Assembly: GCF_001194135.2 (NCBI RefSeq)
Contig: NC_068983.1
Span: 120,030,832 to 120,063,288 of the forward strand
Direction of reading: 5' to 3'
DNA from: Octopus bimaculoides
Taxonomy: Eukaryota
DNA length: 32,457 nt
Position numbers and translations under genes: made by a program. This document shows, one piece after another, positions 31,545-32,457 of this stretch; within the stretch, counting starts at the first letter, position 1, and every line of letters starts with the position of its first letter. The notes under the pieces were generated by a model, which saw nothing but the letters and a program-made list of their open reading frames with translations, ran no database searches and had not been told where the DNA came from.

Positions 31545-31778
31545 ATAAAAAAACATTGGTGTGGCTGCTGGTGCCATGCAAAAATCACTGGTGCTGGTGT
31601 CATGTTAAAAAGACCCAACATATTCTGTTAAGTGGTTGGCATTAGGAAGGGCATTCAGCTGTGGAAACCAAGCCAAAGCAGACTATGAACCTGGTGTGGC
31701 CCCTGGTCTTGCCAGTTCCTGTCAAGCCGTCCAACCATGCCAGCATAGAAAATGGCCACTAAATGTTGATAATGGTGA
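31545..31778 (+). mobile_element. RTE-type 3' tail fragment (family C)
   Basis: gtggttggcattaggaagggcattcagctgtggaaacc...ccaaccatgccagcatagaaaa; reverse homologue of 19724-19930. Confidence 0.8.
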
Positions 31779-31790
31779 ATGTATTAATAT

Positions 31791-31980
31791 TGGTTTCAAA
31801 TTTTGGCACAAAAAACCAGCAATTTCGGGGAAGGGGGTACAATAAATTGCAGAGACCTCAGAGCAAAAGGATGAAAAGCAAACTCAACTTCGACAGAATT
31901 TGAACTCAGAATGTAAAGAGAGACGAAATGCCACTAAGCATTTTGCCTGGCGTGCTAATGATTCTGCCAGCTCAATGCCT
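31791..31980 (-). mobile_element. SINE-like family B copy
   Basis: Reverse complement matches 1682-1888 and 12322-12531. Confidence 0.85.
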
Positions 31981-32457
31981 TTTATATTAAATATTAGTAA
32001 ATATAATATTAAAACTTGCCGCTTAAATATTAATACATATAGTGTATTAATATTTGTATTGTGTGAGTAGTCATGTCTTACAATAGTGAAAAATCTTTAG
32101 TCATATGGAGTTTGAGGCAGCTCGATCCATGCTGCAGCCAAGATACACGATGCATCAAGTATAGCTTGTAAAGTAGTTGTTGAATGTGACAAAACAGTGT
32201 TTGGGCTGCGAAGACCTTTTAATCACGTCTTATCAAGGGCAAGACAATCTCTCTAGTGCTGGAGATATATATAGCACTAATATAACGAGGAAAAGTAAGA
32301 CAATAAAGTCACACAATTTCACGGCCTCATATTTAATATTCTATAACGCTAATAATTTGTCTTTCTGAAATAAATAATTGCTTGTTATGAGATGGAAGCA
32401 TATTTAGTAATACATAGACAACATATATATATATATATACACTATATATATATATAT

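Noticed and set aside
32025-32055. 13-bp AT-rich hairpin (similar small ones near 4426-4449 and 21639-21652)
   Set aside because: Short and nearly all A/T; expected by chance at this composition.
32095-32370. Possible further ZDHHC exon or small ORF (track 32177..32368)
   Set aside because: No minus-strand frame resembles the expected upstream DHHC-family segment, and I found no fitting phase-1 donor.

Overview
AT-rich, repeat-dense animal genomic DNA, not prokaryotic. The repeat and microsatellite profile suggests a coleoid cephalopod, probably Octopus (my inference, not a database result). The window holds the 3' parts of two convergent, intron-containing genes. (1) On the + strand, the last 10 coding exons (1239-21188; 1203 nt = 400 aa + stop, frame continuous across all GT-AG junctions) of a PLOD procollagen-lysine,2-oxoglutarate 5-dioxygenase (lysyl hydroxylase) with an intact HxD...H...R Fe/2OG site. 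(2) On the - strand, the last two exons (31330-31200 and 27596-27438) of a ZDHHC3/7-type palmitoyltransferase. The ORF track shows only fragments of PLOD and none of the ZDHHC exons. Introns are filled with tRNA-derived SINEs (several families), RTE-LINE 3' fragments, TTAA-flanked and TA-flanked MITEs, a mariner transposase remnant, a probable Helitron 3' end, microsatellites, an 18-bp minisatellite and two assembly gaps. I found no convincing new gene system. The most unusual signals are structural: a 108-bp near-perfect palindrome, a ~180-bp-arm inverted-repeat element with a young SINE nested inside it, a copy-specific hairpin made inside one MITE, a local direct repeat bracketing the ZDHHC terminal exon, and SINEs with swapped modules. 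Exon coordinates were derived from splice sites; most repeat boundaries are approximate.
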